Shown here: positions 37,227 to 47,951 of the stretch, in pieces | Layout of the letters: each line of letters starts with the position of its first letter | Numbering within the stretch: position 1 is the first letter of the stretch | NCBI GenBank assembly: GCA_965140415.1 | Contig: OZ223209.1 | Location: forward strand, 3,168,001 to 3,232,000 | DNA length: 64,000 nt | Direction of reading: 5' to 3' | Origin: Myxococcota bacterium | Lineage (GTDB): Bacteria > Myxococcota_A > SURF-8 | Program-made: the position numbers and the translations under genes | Notes under the pieces: generated by a model | Told to the model about the DNA's origin: nothing | Databases searched by the model: none | What the model saw: only the letters and a program-made list of their open reading frames with translations

Positions 37227-39429
37227 CGAATTGAAACAGTCGATCCTGGAACGGCTCGCTTTTTTCGGGCCGATCATGGATCAATTTGAAATGGGCCTGA
37301 TGCTCATCGATCCGCATGATACCATTCACTGGGCGAACCCTTATCTTCTGAAGATGGAGCTTTGCTGCCAGGATATCGAGCAAGTCATCAAAGGACGTCC
37401 TAGCCGAATCGAGTTCGCACGCTGCGGCGATTGCTCGCTTATCGACATTTGCAAAACACCGGACATTCCAACGCGATTTTGCAAACGTCATGAAAACAAG
37501 AGCGGTCCTCCAGGACGTTCTTTCAATGTTATGTGTCACGCCATTTTCGACGCCGAGGATCAACCGGCTTTCTACATTCAGATCATTCGTGACGAAACCG
37601 ACCAGGAAGAGGCCTATCGATCCCGCCAAGAACTGCAAATGATGATGTCCAACGTGTTGGACAATACCGCAGATGCCGTGTTGACACTCGATCAAAAGCG
37701 CATCATTTACTCGTGGAACCGGGGTGCATGGCAGGTTTTCGGATATACGAAAAGCGAGATGCGAACCCAGCATGTCGAGAAATTGATCCCGGAAGAAGAG
37801 GAAAGCCGATTACAGTTTCAGCGTATTCAGCGTCTACTGGATGAGCAGGGGTTCGTTCGAAATCAACGAGCGCGGATGATCACCAAGGACCAGCGCATCA
37901 TCGATGTTGCGGTCACTCAAACCGCCATGCAGAACCTGCATGGTGAGCCACTGGGATTTTCGCTGATCATTCGAGACATCAGTAACGTCGTCCATCTGGA
38001 ACACTCATTCGAACAGAAGGTGGACCAGCTTACCAAGCTATTGCAGATCGATGACATTATCCGCAAGGCAAAAACGCTGGAAGAGATTTATACCGCCATT
38101 CTGGTGGCGGTAACCGCTGGAGAAGGCTTGCGTTTCAATCGCGCCTTTCTCTTTGCCGTTTCTTCGGACAGTCAGGCGCTGAGTGCGGTATTGGGCGTTT
38201 CGCCTCAGCGTCTTGAAGGCGTTTATTATGACGAGGACGGTGTTGATCGCGATCATTTGACATTGGCTGAAATCATCCAGTTGCATCATACTCAGGCGGC
38301 AGAGGGGGAAACGCATCCTTCTCTGGATCTGTCCGGCTTGACAATTTCCATGAAAGACACGGAAAATCCGATCATTCGATGCTTGCTGGAAAATCGACCT
38401 TTTCTGTACATTAAAGGCGGGGCCGACGATGCTCCGCTCGCCGATCTACTGGAAACGATTCAATCCGAGCAGTTTGTTTGTGTGCCCTTGATCTGGCAGG
38501 ACCAGCGCCTGGGTATCATTATGGCAGACAACGACTTGTCGCAGCAATCAATCAGCATGGAAGCGATCCAATTCCTGATCAGTTTTGCCAACCGGGCTGC
38601 CAGCGCAATTTCTAACATTCAGCTACAGGAGGATTTGCAGGCGAAGGTTGAGGAGCTTAAGAAAGCCTATCAACAAGTGACGGAAATGCAGGGAATGTCT
38701 CTGCAACGTGAACGCCTGGCTGCGCTTGGTGAAATGTCTTCTAAAGTGGCGCATGAAATTCGTAACCCGCTGGCGTCGATCGGTGGTTTTGCTCGCCTAT
38801 TAAGAAAAACGAGCACTTCAAATGAAAACATCCATTTCTTGGATATCATTTTAAGTGAAACAACTCGACTGGAAGGTATTCTGGAAGAAGTGCTGGGCTA
38901 CGTCAAACCTTCGGTAACCGACATGACCCCATGCAATCTTAATATTTTGCTCAACGAATGCCGGGAACTGGCGGAGCAACAACGACATTCTACCTATTTA
39001 AGGCACCCGGACATTACCATTAACATGAATCTTGACCGAAATCTGCCTACCGTGACCTGCAATGAGCATCGTTTGAAACAGGCATTTTTGAACTTAATTC
39101 AAAACGGAATGGAATCGATGAGTGGCAGTGGTGAACTGACGATAAGTTCGAAGCAAAGTGAAAATCATGCAATCGTTTCCATTTCCGACTCTGGAAGCGG
39201 TATCAGCCAATCCAACCTGCGCAACTTGTTTAAGCCTTTCTTTACAACCAAAAGCAGAGGTGTAGGATTGGGATTGTCCGTCACCCGGCAAATAATAGAT
39301 TCTCATAATGGGAAAATCGAGGTTGACAGCACACTTGGAAAGGGTACAACATTTACGATAACCATACCGTTTAGGTATAAGGAGGGCATACACGATGAGC
39401 TCACAAAAGAAGAAGCTTCTTATCGTTGA
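37213..39429 (+). CDS. PAS/GAF sensor histidine kinase
   Basis: PAS, GAF (GEGLRFNRAFLF), H-box VAHEIRNPL, D.GSG, PFFTTK, GVGLGL. Confidence 0.92.
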   Translation: MSSHDELKQSILERLAFFGPIMDQFEMGLMLIDPHDTIHWANPYLLKMELCCQDIEQVIKGRPSRIEFARCGDCSLIDICKTPDIPTRFCKRHENKSGPPGRSFNVMCHAIFDAEDQPAFYIQIIRDETDQEEAYRSRQELQMMMSNVLDNTADAVLTLDQKRIIYSWNRGAWQVFGYTKSEMRTQHVEKLIPEEEESRLQFQRIQRLLDEQGFVRNQRARMITKDQRIIDVAVTQTAMQNLHGEPLGFSLIIRDISNVVHLEHSFEQKVDQLTKLLQIDDIIRKAKTLEEIYTAILVAVTAGEGLRFNRAFLFAVSSDSQALSAVLGVSPQRLEGVYYDEDGVDRDHLTLAEIIQLHHTQAAEGETHPSLDLSGLTISMKDTENPIIRCLLENRPFLYIKGGADDAPLADLLETIQSEQFVCVPLIWQDQRLGIIMADNDLSQQSISMEAIQFLISFANRAASAISNIQLQEDLQAKVEELKKAYQQVTEMQGMSLQRERLAALGEMSSKVAHEIRNPLASIGGFARLLRKTSTSNENIHFLDIILSETTRLEGILEEVLGYVKPSVTDMTPCNLNILLNECRELAEQQRHSTYLRHPDITINMNLDRNLPTVTCNEHRLKQAFLNLIQNGMESMSGSGELTISSKQSENHAIVSISDSGSGISQSNLRNLFKPFFTTKSRGVGLGLSVTRQIIDSHNGKIEVDSTLGKGTTFTITIPFRYKEGIHDELTKEEASYR

Positions 39430-39778
39430 CGATGAACCCAATCTTCGGGTTCTGTATGAAGCGGAGTTTCGACAGGAAGGCTATGAAGTCGTACTTGCTT
39501 CCGACGGTCCCGAAGCCATAAAAATGGTGGAGAAGGAAAAACCCGACCTGGTCGTTTTAGACATTCGCATGCCGGGAATGGATGGTATCGAGACCATGAG
39601 CGAAATTCTCGGTCGCGACAACCAATTACCCGTAATCATCAATAGCGCCTACAGCCACTATAAAGAGAATTTTATGAGCTGGTCTGCCGACGCCTATGTG
39701 GTGAAGTCTTCCAATACAGACGAATTGAAGGAAAAAGTGGCCGAGCTTCTTGCTGCCACTCCAGAAAACACCTACTGA
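39395..39778 (+). CDS. Single-domain response regulator
   Basis: IVDDE, LDIRMPGMDG, SAY, YVVKS. Confidence 0.93.
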   Translation: MSSQKKKLLIVDDEPNLRVLYEAEFRQEGYEVVLASDGPEAIKMVEKEKPDLVVLDIRMPGMDGIETMSEILGRDNQLPVIINSAYSHYKENFMSWSADAYVVKSSNTDELKEKVAELLAATPENTY

Positions 39779-39813
39779 GATCACGCAGAAAAGTAGAAAG
39801 ATCGGGTGGATAG

Positions 39814-41043
39814 ATGAGAAGTTACTGGTCCAGCCTTTTTAGAGACACGTTAACGATGATCCTGGCCGGTGGGCGTGGCGAACGATTGTCTCCATTGACC
39901 TTGCCGCGTTCCAAGCCATCGGTGCCTTTTGGTGGAATGTATCGCATTATCGATTTCACACTTTCGAATTGCGTCAATTCCGGTTTTCGTAGAATCTATC
40001 TGTTAACTCAGTACAAAAGCCAGTCTCTCGACGAGCATACGGCAAGAGGCTGGAACCTGTTCTCTCACGAATTGGGAGAGTTCATGTACAGCGTTCCTCC
40101 GCAACAGCGCTACCGAGATCGCTGGTATATGGGGACTGCCGACGCCATTTTCCAAAACTTGAACTTGCTTGCCAAGCACCAGCCTAAGTATGTGCTGGTA
40201 CTATCCGGCGATCACATCTATAAAATGGACTACTCCAAGATGCTTGCCTACCACGTCGAAAAAGGGGCAGACATCACGATCTCGACTATTCCCGTCACGA
40301 AAGCCGAAGCGACCCGCTTTGGAGTCTGTGGTGTTGACGCGGACAACCGGATACTGAAATTCCAGGAAAAAGAAAACAATCCGATGGAAATGCCCAATCG
40401 TCCCGGCTGGTGCATGGGAAGCATGGGTGTTTACATTTTCAATACCGAAGTATTAGCCAAAGAAATCTCCCGAGACGCCAAACAAAAGTCAGAGCACGAT
40501 TTCGGGAAAAACATCATTCCGAACGTTTTGAACAGCGGGCGTGTGTTCGCGTATGAATTCGAAGATTTGAATCGGAAAAACAAACCTTATTGGCGAGACA
40601 TCGGAACCTTGGACAGCTATTTCGACGCTTCGATGGATCTTGTCTCAATCGACCCTGAATTCAACTTGTACGATTCCGACTGGCCCATTCGAACGTATAT
40701 CGGCCAGTACGCTCCGACCAAAACCGTCTGGCGAGGGGAAAAACGCCGTGGTCAACTTATCGAATCCATGGTTTGTAACGGAGTTATCGTTTCCGGTGGT
40801 GAAGTCATTCGCTCTATCCTGAGTTCGGGAGTTCGCATCAACAGCTACTCTCACACTGAAGAATGCATTCTTTTCAATGATGTCGATGTCGGTCGAAACT
40901 GTCGTATGCGGCGTGTCATCATAGATAAAAACGTCTCCGTTCCGGAGAATACCGTCATCGGTTACGATCACGATCAAGACCGAAAACGCTTTATGGTGAC
41001 GGATAACGGCATTACCATTATCCCCAAAGGCTATATTTTCTAG
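39814..41043 (+). CDS. glgC: Glucose-1-phosphate adenylyltransferase
   Basis: ILAGGRGERL.PLT..RSKPSVPFGG.YRIIDF.LSN, GTADAI.QN, LSGDHIYKMDY, YWRDIGT. Confidence 0.97.
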   Translation: MRSYWSSLFRDTLTMILAGGRGERLSPLTLPRSKPSVPFGGMYRIIDFTLSNCVNSGFRRIYLLTQYKSQSLDEHTARGWNLFSHELGEFMYSVPPQQRYRDRWYMGTADAIFQNLNLLAKHQPKYVLVLSGDHIYKMDYSKMLAYHVEKGADITISTIPVTKAEATRFGVCGVDADNRILKFQEKENNPMEMPNRPGWCMGSMGVYIFNTEVLAKEISRDAKQKSEHDFGKNIIPNVLNSGRVFAYEFEDLNRKNKPYWRDIGTLDSYFDASMDLVSIDPEFNLYDSDWPIRTYIGQYAPTKTVWRGEKRRGQLIESMVCNGVIVSGGEVIRSILSSGVRINSYSHTEECILFNDVDVGRNCRMRRVIIDKNVSVPENTVIGYDHDQDRKRFMVTDNGITIIPKGYIF

Positions 41044-41145
41044 CAAGAAAGATTCAATTTCTATCGGGGAAAAGAATTTTCCCGACAGAAGTTGAATTGA
41101 AAGAGTTGCAAGTCTGGGCGCTACAATCGACGCATATATCCAACT

Positions 41146-42618
41146 CTAAAATGTGTACGAAACCGAAGCGGAGATGAAGTGATAATCCGCTAAATAGGTT
41201 CCGGCGTTGGAAGGTGCCGCGGGTTTGCCAAGATACTGTTCCGCGCATAAGTCTTCATCGTCATATGGAGCGACGCAAGCCGAACCGGGAACCTGCTGGA
41301 ACACCTGGGATTCTTCTTCTGTTACGGTCACCGGCATCTGGAAAACATATGTATAAGACGCTGAGATGTCCGCACCGAAGAACATAACCGAAAATCCGCC
41401 GCTCACACCCAATCGATGCGAACCGAAAAAGTCGATGTACGAATTCTCGTCGGGCGCGGAAGGACTTTCGTAGAAGCCGCCTACTCTAACCGTGAACCAT
41501 TCCGGAACGGCATTGAAATCGGCCCCCAGACGTATGCTGTAAGTATCTTTCCAGTTTTTGGAAATATCGATTTTGTCGATGTAGAGTTCCTGACCTAGCA
41601 CTTCCGTTAACAGATTGTTGCCGTCCATGCGGTACTTGTCCACCAGCGACCAGGCTTCATACCCGAAGTCCAGTTCAATGTCGAAACGTTCGGTTTCACC
41701 TTCCAGGTAGATGTAGCGAAGTCCCAGTCGCAGTTTGGGCGGCAGTGTCATAGAGAATGTGACATCGTTGGTTTCCACACCGTTTCGGGACATTTTTACC
41801 GGATCGGTCAAATCAAGCTCAATCGCATCGACTTGTAGCGTACAATCCGCTTTCAGATAAACCGGAATCAACCTTGCGGAGAGGCCGATATCCAAAAAGT
41901 CGAATGGACGGTACCACATGCCCAGAATGCCTGAAAATCCGACGTGGTCGGTACCGGAGATTCTGCTGATCATATCGAATCGGCTTGAAACGGGATTGAC
42001 AATGCGAGGGGTTACGTTTCCATCGATTGCCAACTCGAAATTCATCTGCAACAGATCGACCCATTGCAGACTGATCCCGATTCCGAATACGTCATTGTAT
42101 TTCCAGGCTACGCTAGCAGAATAATAAAGAATAAGAACGTCACGCTCGATCAACATATAGCGCTGGCCACCGTCTTCAGGGAACTTCTGTGAAGCCGTTC
42201 CAGGAGGTCCATACACTCCCAATGCGAATCCCCAATCATCCAGACCGAAATCGGATGAAATACCCAGCATCGATCCAAGAATCTGCCACTTCTTGGAGTT
42301 TTCAACCGGATCGAAAGTGATGTACTGAGGAACGCCGTGAAAGGCTTCGCTCCAGTCCAGTGTGGGAGCGCGACGATATTCCTCATTGCTGTAGGTAAAG
42401 CGATTGCCAAGGTAAATTTGAGTGCCACGCATACGAGCCAGGCCTGCCGGGTTGTACTCGATGGCAGACACATCGTCCGCTTTTGCGGTGAAAGCACCTG
42501 AACGACCGGCAGATCTGGCTCCTTGATCGGCAATATCGAAGCCGCCCGCCCATAACGGGGAGGACATCAGTAACATGACCGGAACCAGCCACAGTGAGAC
42601 TATCTTTGATTCACGCAT
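41146..42618 (-). CDS. FadL/OmpP1/TodX-family outer-membrane transporter
   Basis: Mature N-terminus GGF....QGA...GR.GA..A.ADD.SA..YNPAGL; WKDTYSIRLG; terminal SYTF. Confidence 0.88.
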   Translation of the reverse strand: MRESKIVSLWLVPVMLLMSSPLWAGGFDIADQGARSAGRSGAFTAKADDVSAIEYNPAGLARMRGTQIYLGNRFTYSNEEYRRAPTLDWSEAFHGVPQYITFDPVENSKKWQILGSMLGISSDFGLDDWGFALGVYGPPGTASQKFPEDGGQRYMLIERDVLILYYSASVAWKYNDVFGIGISLQWVDLLQMNFELAIDGNVTPRIVNPVSSRFDMISRISGTDHVGFSGILGMWYRPFDFLDIGLSARLIPVYLKADCTLQVDAIELDLTDPVKMSRNGVETNDVTFSMTLPPKLRLGLRYIYLEGETERFDIELDFGYEAWSLVDKYRMDGNNLLTEVLGQELYIDKIDISKNWKDTYSIRLGADFNAVPEWFTVRVGGFYESPSAPDENSYIDFFGSHRLGVSGGFSVMFFGADISASYTYVFQMPVTVTEEESQVFQQVPGSACVAPYDDEDLCAEQYLGKPAAPSNAGTYLADYHFISASVSYTF

Positions 42619-42683
42619 TGTGATGATCCTTGTTTGCTTGGGATGACATCGATCGATTCTCCTGTAGAGCGAGAAGGAATCGC

Positions 42684-43640
42684 TTAATACTCCGAACAGT
42701 CAATGGATTTTATGGGATTGAATTTATCCGTAATCTCCACGGCATCGAAGAAACCCTGCAAACGGTATCCGGGTTTTCCTTCGGGAGTCAGGCAGGTTTT
42801 TGCCAGACCAAAGGACTTCACGATTTCACCGAAGGAAATCCAGCCTTTTCCACATGCTCCCTTGCAGTACTGGTTTAGTTCATCTTCATCAAACGAAACA
42901 TCCGGATCTTCCGGCGGAACATCGCAGGTACCGGTAATCGCACACATACAAATATGGTTTCCATCATCGGCGGTGATGCAGCCTTCAAGCGTTCCATTGC
43001 TGATCGAAGTGCAATCTTCACTCAGTCCAGTTCTGATTTTCAGGTTACGAATGGGAATGTTGTTGCGTGGGCTGATATCCGGGGCACAAACCAGCGGTGC
43101 ATCTTTGGGACCGGAATGGAAGTACAGATTGCTGTCTTCCTCACTTTTGAATTGACATTGGTATCCATGGTAAGGTTTTAACGTGATGTCCGCGCTAAGA
43201 CCTTCCAGGATGCAATACGATTCGACTTCGCTTTCACTGGAAGCGCCTTCTTCTGGCTTCAAAGCGTAGGGCTCCTTGGGATCACGCCACCCGGGGCCAA
43301 CAGTAATTCCCAAATTATCAAAGGCCGAAGATGTTCCTTGAATCGCCTCCGTTACTTCAAATATAACGTTAAGCGTATTGTTTTTGACATCGCTTTCCCA
43401 CATGGAATTCAGCATTTGGGCAAATTCTTCGGGCTCATCGATTTCCATGCGAGTCAGGCGGAAAACGCGACCCTGTACGTCTGCCGCATCGCACTCGCAA
43501 AAGGTAGAGCATTCCCCCGTGTTTTCTGGAATGATGATATCCGGTGCTTCCGGTTCGTTTACTTCAACACATCCGCAAAAAAACAGAACCAGCGATACAG
43601 TGAGAGCACTCCAACTCCGCCACGAGGTCGTAGCAATCAT
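42684..43640 (-). CDS. Cys-containing hypothetical lipoprotein co-transcribed with the FadL-family gene
   Basis: AGGAGG RBS, lipobox FCGC. Confidence 0.75.
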   Translation of the reverse strand: MIATTSWRSWSALTVSLVLFFCGCVEVNEPEAPDIIIPENTGECSTFCECDAADVQGRVFRLTRMEIDEPEEFAQMLNSMWESDVKNNTLNVIFEVTEAIQGTSSAFDNLGITVGPGWRDPKEPYALKPEEGASSESEVESYCILEGLSADITLKPYHGYQCQFKSEEDSNLYFHSGPKDAPLVCAPDISPRNNIPIRNLKIRTGLSEDCTSISNGTLEGCITADDGNHICMCAITGTCDVPPEDPDVSFDEDELNQYCKGACGKGWISFGEIVKSFGLAKTCLTPEGKPGYRLQGFFDAVEITDKFNPIKSIDCSEY

Positions 43641-44178
43641 GATTGGCCTCCTAAACAAATAAATGAAAAACCGATTCGGGCGTTTCGAGCTCTCCCTTGA
43701 AAGCCAGCAAAACGCTTTTTGGTTTCACTCCATTGTTGTGTCCGCAATTTCGATGCTATTTAGCGATATACTTACGATGCTAGAAAGCTATCATATTTCT
43801 TCACACTTTGAAAAATGTTTTTTCACTTAGATTTTTTCACTTAGACTAAATTAGCAATGGTTTCAAACTTGAGATGACAACATGACAAATCCACAACACA
43901 GCGATATCGTTTGTGAATGCATTGAGTTTATTGGTCAGAGTCGATGTTTCAAATGCAAACTGCGTATATGAGTTTGACAGGTCAGAAATTAAGAGCCTTT
44001 GGATTTTGTCATCGAGGTGAAAACGAAGACAAGTTGAGTAAATCACAGATGTTGCGATAAGAGGAACCGACAGGTTTTCTAGGAGCAAAATTCAATCCCC
44101 TAAAGAAAGATGGCGCATTCCAATTGTATCGTACAAAAGAAATACGCCATCTTTGGGGAACTTAATAACGCCTATATT

Positions 44179-45807
44179 TTATTCGGGCGTATCACCATCT
44201 AGCAGAGTGTCACCATCTGCCGGAGTGTCACCATCTACCGGCGTATCACCATCTACCGGAGTGTCACCATCAACCGGCGTGTCGCCGTCCACCGGAGTGT
44301 CACCATCAACTGGCGTGTCTCCGTCTATCGGAGTGTCACCATCAACTGGCGTGTCTCCGTCTATCGGAGTATCACCATCAACGGGAGTATCACCATCAAC
44401 GGGAGTATCGCCGTCTACCGGGGTATCGCCATCTACTGTGGTGTCCCCATCGGGATTGCTGTTCGGAGTGCAACCGCCGGGGAAGTCAGGAAGGTTGTCA
44501 CCTTCGTAGTAATTTACAACGTCGAACGGAGGTTCCGACTTCTCAACCATGAAGTCTTTGGATGCGACCGAGCTTCTCAGGTAATAGTTAAAGAAAGCCG
44601 TCGCATAGTAGTTGATCGTCTGCTGTGCTTCCCGCCAGTCAGCATTTTCGGTGGGCGAGCAGCCATCGGTCAGTGCATTGGCAGCATCACCGAAGTCCAA
44701 CTTGTCCGCCAGCGTCATCAGATCCAACTGACACATATCCGAGAAGGTAAAGTGACCGCCGCGCTCCAATTCATACATGTATTTATCCGCACCGGCAAGC
44801 GATTGATAATCACAGTACATCTGGTACCAAGGCAACGTATTGTCCTCGGTGCCACCCATCATCAGCATCGGTGTCGGATACTCGTACAACTTGCAGCCTG
44901 CCATCAGAGAACCGGCACTGATCACCGGAGAATGGGGCACGATGGCTTTGATGCGATCGTCTTTGCAACCAACCGCCACGCTGGTCAGACCGCCAAGAGA
45001 ATGGCCACTCATACCAACGTTTTCGGGGTCCATTGAATTGTAGAAGAAATCGTCTTTGTCTTTGTTAAATGCAAAAAAGGTGTCGAGTAGGAAGGACATA
45101 TCCGCCATGCGTACAACCGCCGAAACCGCCACTTGGCTACTGGAATACCCGTCACGCAGCAATTCCACCAGAGTGTTGTTTTCATGGTCGCTGGAAATAA
45201 CGATATATCCGTGTGAAGCCAAAAACGGGGTGTAGAACGTCGATTGCCAGCGGATGCCGTTGGCACCGTGCGAGAACAGAATGACCGGATACGGTCCGTG
45301 AGAGCGGTCCATTTCTGCATCACGCACAGCAATCGTTTCCAACCCGGCGATATTCGCCTCGCGGATGATTTCATCCTTGCCCTGCATGTCGTAACCGACC
45401 ATCTCATCTTCCAACGTGTAGGTGTACCCTTCCGCGTCCTTGTACTCTTGCTTGGCGGGATACCAGATTTCGGTACGTAGATAGCGCGGGCGCTCCTTGA
45501 CCGCATCCGGGCGGGACTCATCCCAGAGTTCCAGGGTTTTTACACCAACCGGAAACGGTCCCAGTTCGCCGGGATTGGGAGTGGCAGTGGCACTGGCAGG
45601 CTCGAACGGAAGAATTTCCTTTACGATGTCTGCATCCTGCTCCGTATCGCCATCCGTCACGATATCGCCATCGGCAGTATCGCCATCGACTGGATCGTCA
45701 TCGTCACCGCAACCTGTAGCCAAGACAAACAGGCTGAGAATCAGCATGCAGACGAAAGCAAGTCGAGCATTATTCCACCTGAAGTTATTATCCGTTTCTC
45801 TCAACAT
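44179..45807 (-). CDS. Alpha/beta-hydrolase lipoprotein (PAF-acetylhydrolase/chlorophyllase-like) with a C-terminal DGDTPV repeat
   Basis: Lipobox ATGC; GPFPVG, IWYPA, PVILFSHG, LASHGY, GHSLGG, GTED, GHFTFSD. Confidence 0.88.
   Translation of the reverse strand: MLRETDNNFRWNNARLAFVCMLILSLFVLATGCGDDDDPVDGDTADGDIVTDGDTEQDADIVKEILPFEPASATATPNPGELGPFPVGVKTLELWDESRPDAVKERPRYLRTEIWYPAKQEYKDAEGYTYTLEDEMVGYDMQGKDEIIREANIAGLETIAVRDAEMDRSHGPYPVILFSHGANGIRWQSTFYTPFLASHGYIVISSDHENNTLVELLRDGYSSSQVAVSAVVRMADMSFLLDTFFAFNKDKDDFFYNSMDPENVGMSGHSLGGLTSVAVGCKDDRIKAIVPHSPVISAGSLMAGCKLYEYPTPMLMMGGTEDNTLPWYQMYCDYQSLAGADKYMYELERGGHFTFSDMCQLDLMTLADKLDFGDAANALTDGCSPTENADWREAQQTINYYATAFFNYYLRSSVASKDFMVEKSEPPFDVVNYYEGDNLPDFPGGCTPNSNPDGDTTVDGDTPVDGDTPVDGDTPVDGDTPIDGDTPVDGDTPIDGDTPVDGDTPVDGDTPVDGDTPVDGDTPVDGDTPADGDTLLDGDTPE
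44182..44451 (-). repeat. Coding tandem repeat, 15 x 18 bp (DGDTP[V/I])
   Basis: 15 hexapeptide units counted; codons vary synonymously between units. Confidence 0.95.
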
Positions 45808-45975
45808 ACCGGCACTCCTCTTACTAATGATTTCTTTTCGGTACTTTTAAGTTTTTTGTCGATTCTTTTGATGTTGGTCAGCCGTGGCATCATAGTATAG
45901 TGTATTATAGTGCGGCATGCAACGATGAAGGCAAGCAATTACACACTTTTCAGAAAACTTACGTTTTTTACTCTC

Positions 45976-46911
45976 TTATTCAGTTACGGTCTTCGAGGCG
46001 CCAGGCAAGCGGAAAATCACAAGCCACAGCAACACGGGAACAATTTGAACCAGAGTGAAGTGAATCAATGATGCATTAAAGGCCGCCGCCTGCTCGATTC
46101 CCAAGGCTCCCAGTAAAAACACCGCCGTCGATTCCCGGATTCCAATGCCGCTAAAAGCAATGGGAACGATTGTGCTTAGTGTCATAACCGGTAACGCCAG
46201 AATCGCCAAAATTTCCGCCCCAGGTGCAAAGCTCTTTAAAATGAGAAAGCCCTGGAAGTAGTAAACGGCAAAACTTGCAAATGAAAGCAACAGGTTAAGC
46301 AGAATCGGCTTTGCTTTCGTGTCGGATAGTCCCACCCAGACTTCTGCCAGCTTTGCCTTAACCCCCTCTGCCTGCGCTTTCGATTTGGTAGTAAAGCGAC
46401 CAAGAAAACATAAGGAAATCCAACCACATGGCACTCCTGCCAAGAGTAGCCAGCCCAGCCATTGCAGGTGAACGTCCTCAAGTACGAGCAGGCCGATGCC
46501 GGAAAGCAGCCCAACAGCAGACAAGTCGATCAGCTTGTCTACAATCACTTTGCCTGTCAGGCGAGCTTTGTTTACATTCGTCAAAAACATTGCCCGCGCC
46601 GCTTCCCCCGCCTGCCCAGGGGTAATCGTTGCCAGAACCACCCCATACATGTAGCTTCGAATCGCCTGCCACAATGAAACGGGAGTGACGATATTTGCCA
46701 GGTTGTGCCATTTGGCAATTTTAAAGGACTGCACAACGGGAGTTAACAAGAAACCGAGTAAACATAACCATCCATCGGCATGTCTTATCGATTCAATAAT
46801 GCGCATCGGTTCAACAATTAGAATCAGAAATACAAGCAGGCATATGCTTAAGAGCGCCATTACAACGCTTCTGGTATACTTACCTTTGAAAGGATGGATT
46901 GTTTCTGGCAA
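45976..46911 (-). CDS. Lysylphosphatidylglycerol-synthase TM-domain (UPF0104, flippase-like) protein
   Basis: Multi-TM; TPGQAGEAAR, D(K/R)LID, PIAFSGIGIRE. Confidence 0.8.
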   Translation of the reverse strand: MPETIHPFKGKYTRSVVMALLSICLLVFLILIVEPMRIIESIRHADGWLCLLGFLLTPVVQSFKIAKWHNLANIVTPVSLWQAIRSYMYGVVLATITPGQAGEAARAMFLTNVNKARLTGKVIVDKLIDLSAVGLLSGIGLLVLEDVHLQWLGWLLLAGVPCGWISLCFLGRFTTKSKAQAEGVKAKLAEVWVGLSDTKAKPILLNLLLSFASFAVYYFQGFLILKSFAPGAEILAILALPVMTLSTIVPIAFSGIGIRESTAVFLLGALGIEQAAAFNASLIHFTLVQIVPVLLWLVIFRLPGASKTVTE

Positions 46912-46952
46912 CGGGTGATCCTGTGTTCTGCTTAATTTTCTCTGCTACTCTG

Positions 46953-47951
46953 TCAATGGTCTGCGGTTATGGATTCATCGTCATACGAAAAGCGTTCCCC
47001 ATAATACCGTCTTAGAAAGTTCTGCAATTCGATAAAAGCTTTATCTCGGCTCCTTGACATTGTCATGTTTGTGAAATTGAAATAAAGAGTTGAAGGTGAA
47101 AAGGAGAAACCGGAATTATGTACCAGGTAAATGGTTATAATATCATTATTTCCAACCTGTCTGGAAGGCAGTACTTCCTCTTGCAAGTCGGTGGTCGATA
47201 GGATCTCGATAACATAATTTCTCTTTTTCAAAGTAAACGAAAGAAGTTTCGGGGACGTAAACTCATAGTTCGTTCGCCACTCCCGCTTCAGAACGATTTT
47301 AGAAAAACGATGTAAAATGAGTTCGATCCTCTCATCGACATCTTCCGGATTCAATTTCTTAAGAACATCCGCCGTTTCCTTAACGATCTTTGCTGGATGC
47401 CCCTCGATCACTTTCCCGGAGGGAACGTCTTTCTTGATAACGGTCATTGAGTTGGCTAGTACGTCATCTCCGATCGTTACTCCAGGATGGACAAACACAC
47501 CGGCTGGAAGCCAAACTCGACTTCCAATTCGGATGGCCCCGAATTTGGCAGGGTATCCTTTTGTGTAATTCAGAAAAGAGCCATGTGTGAAGAGCATCGA
47601 GCGCGGACCGATGCCGGAATAATCCCCAATAATAACCTCATCATCGACATTGATGATGCATTGTGGTCCGATATAACAATGCTTGCCTACTTTAAGGCCG
47701 AATGCGCCATAGACAAGACAAAAGTTGCTGATTGCAGAATAAGCTTCGAATTCGACGGTTCCTGAACATCGAATCAGCGTAAATGCTCGTATTTCGGCAT
47801 ATTTTCCGAGAAATATTTTGTCTCCGATAACGGAACTGAACCAACCAATACGGACCCCCCGTTCGATATCTGCACCAGCAAATAGGCGTAGCACATGGGT
47901 TTTCAAGAATGGAGGTAAAAGGAAAACGATGGCGAACAGGATCATCCTCAT
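46953..47951 (-). CDS. Hexapeptide-repeat (left-handed beta-helix) acyltransferase
   Basis: IGxxxx repeats, FTH, VIKKDVP..KVIEGHPAK; ATGA overlap with the upstream gene. Confidence 0.85.
   Translation of the reverse strand: MRMILFAIVFLLPPFLKTHVLRLFAGADIERGVRIGWFSSVIGDKIFLGKYAEIRAFTLIRCSGTVEFEAYSAISNFCLVYGAFGLKVGKHCYIGPQCIINVDDEVIIGDYSGIGPRSMLFTHGSFLNYTKGYPAKFGAIRIGSRVWLPAGVFVHPGVTIGDDVLANSMTVIKKDVPSGKVIEGHPAKIVKETADVLKKLNPEDVDERIELILHRFSKIVLKREWRTNYEFTSPKLLSFTLKKRNYVIEILSTTDLQEEVLPSRQVGNNDIITIYLVHNSGFSFSPSTLYFNFTNMTMSRSRDKAFIELQNFLRRYYGERFSYDDESITADH

Noticed and set aside
43818-43845. 14-bp tandem duplication TTTTTTCACTTAGA x2
   Set aside because: Only two copies in AT-rich intergenic DNA; no support for a function.
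44153-44509. CRISPR-like array, or the + strand (STGVSP)n ORF
   Set aside because: No unique spacers; it is the antisense reading of the coding DGDTPV repeat.
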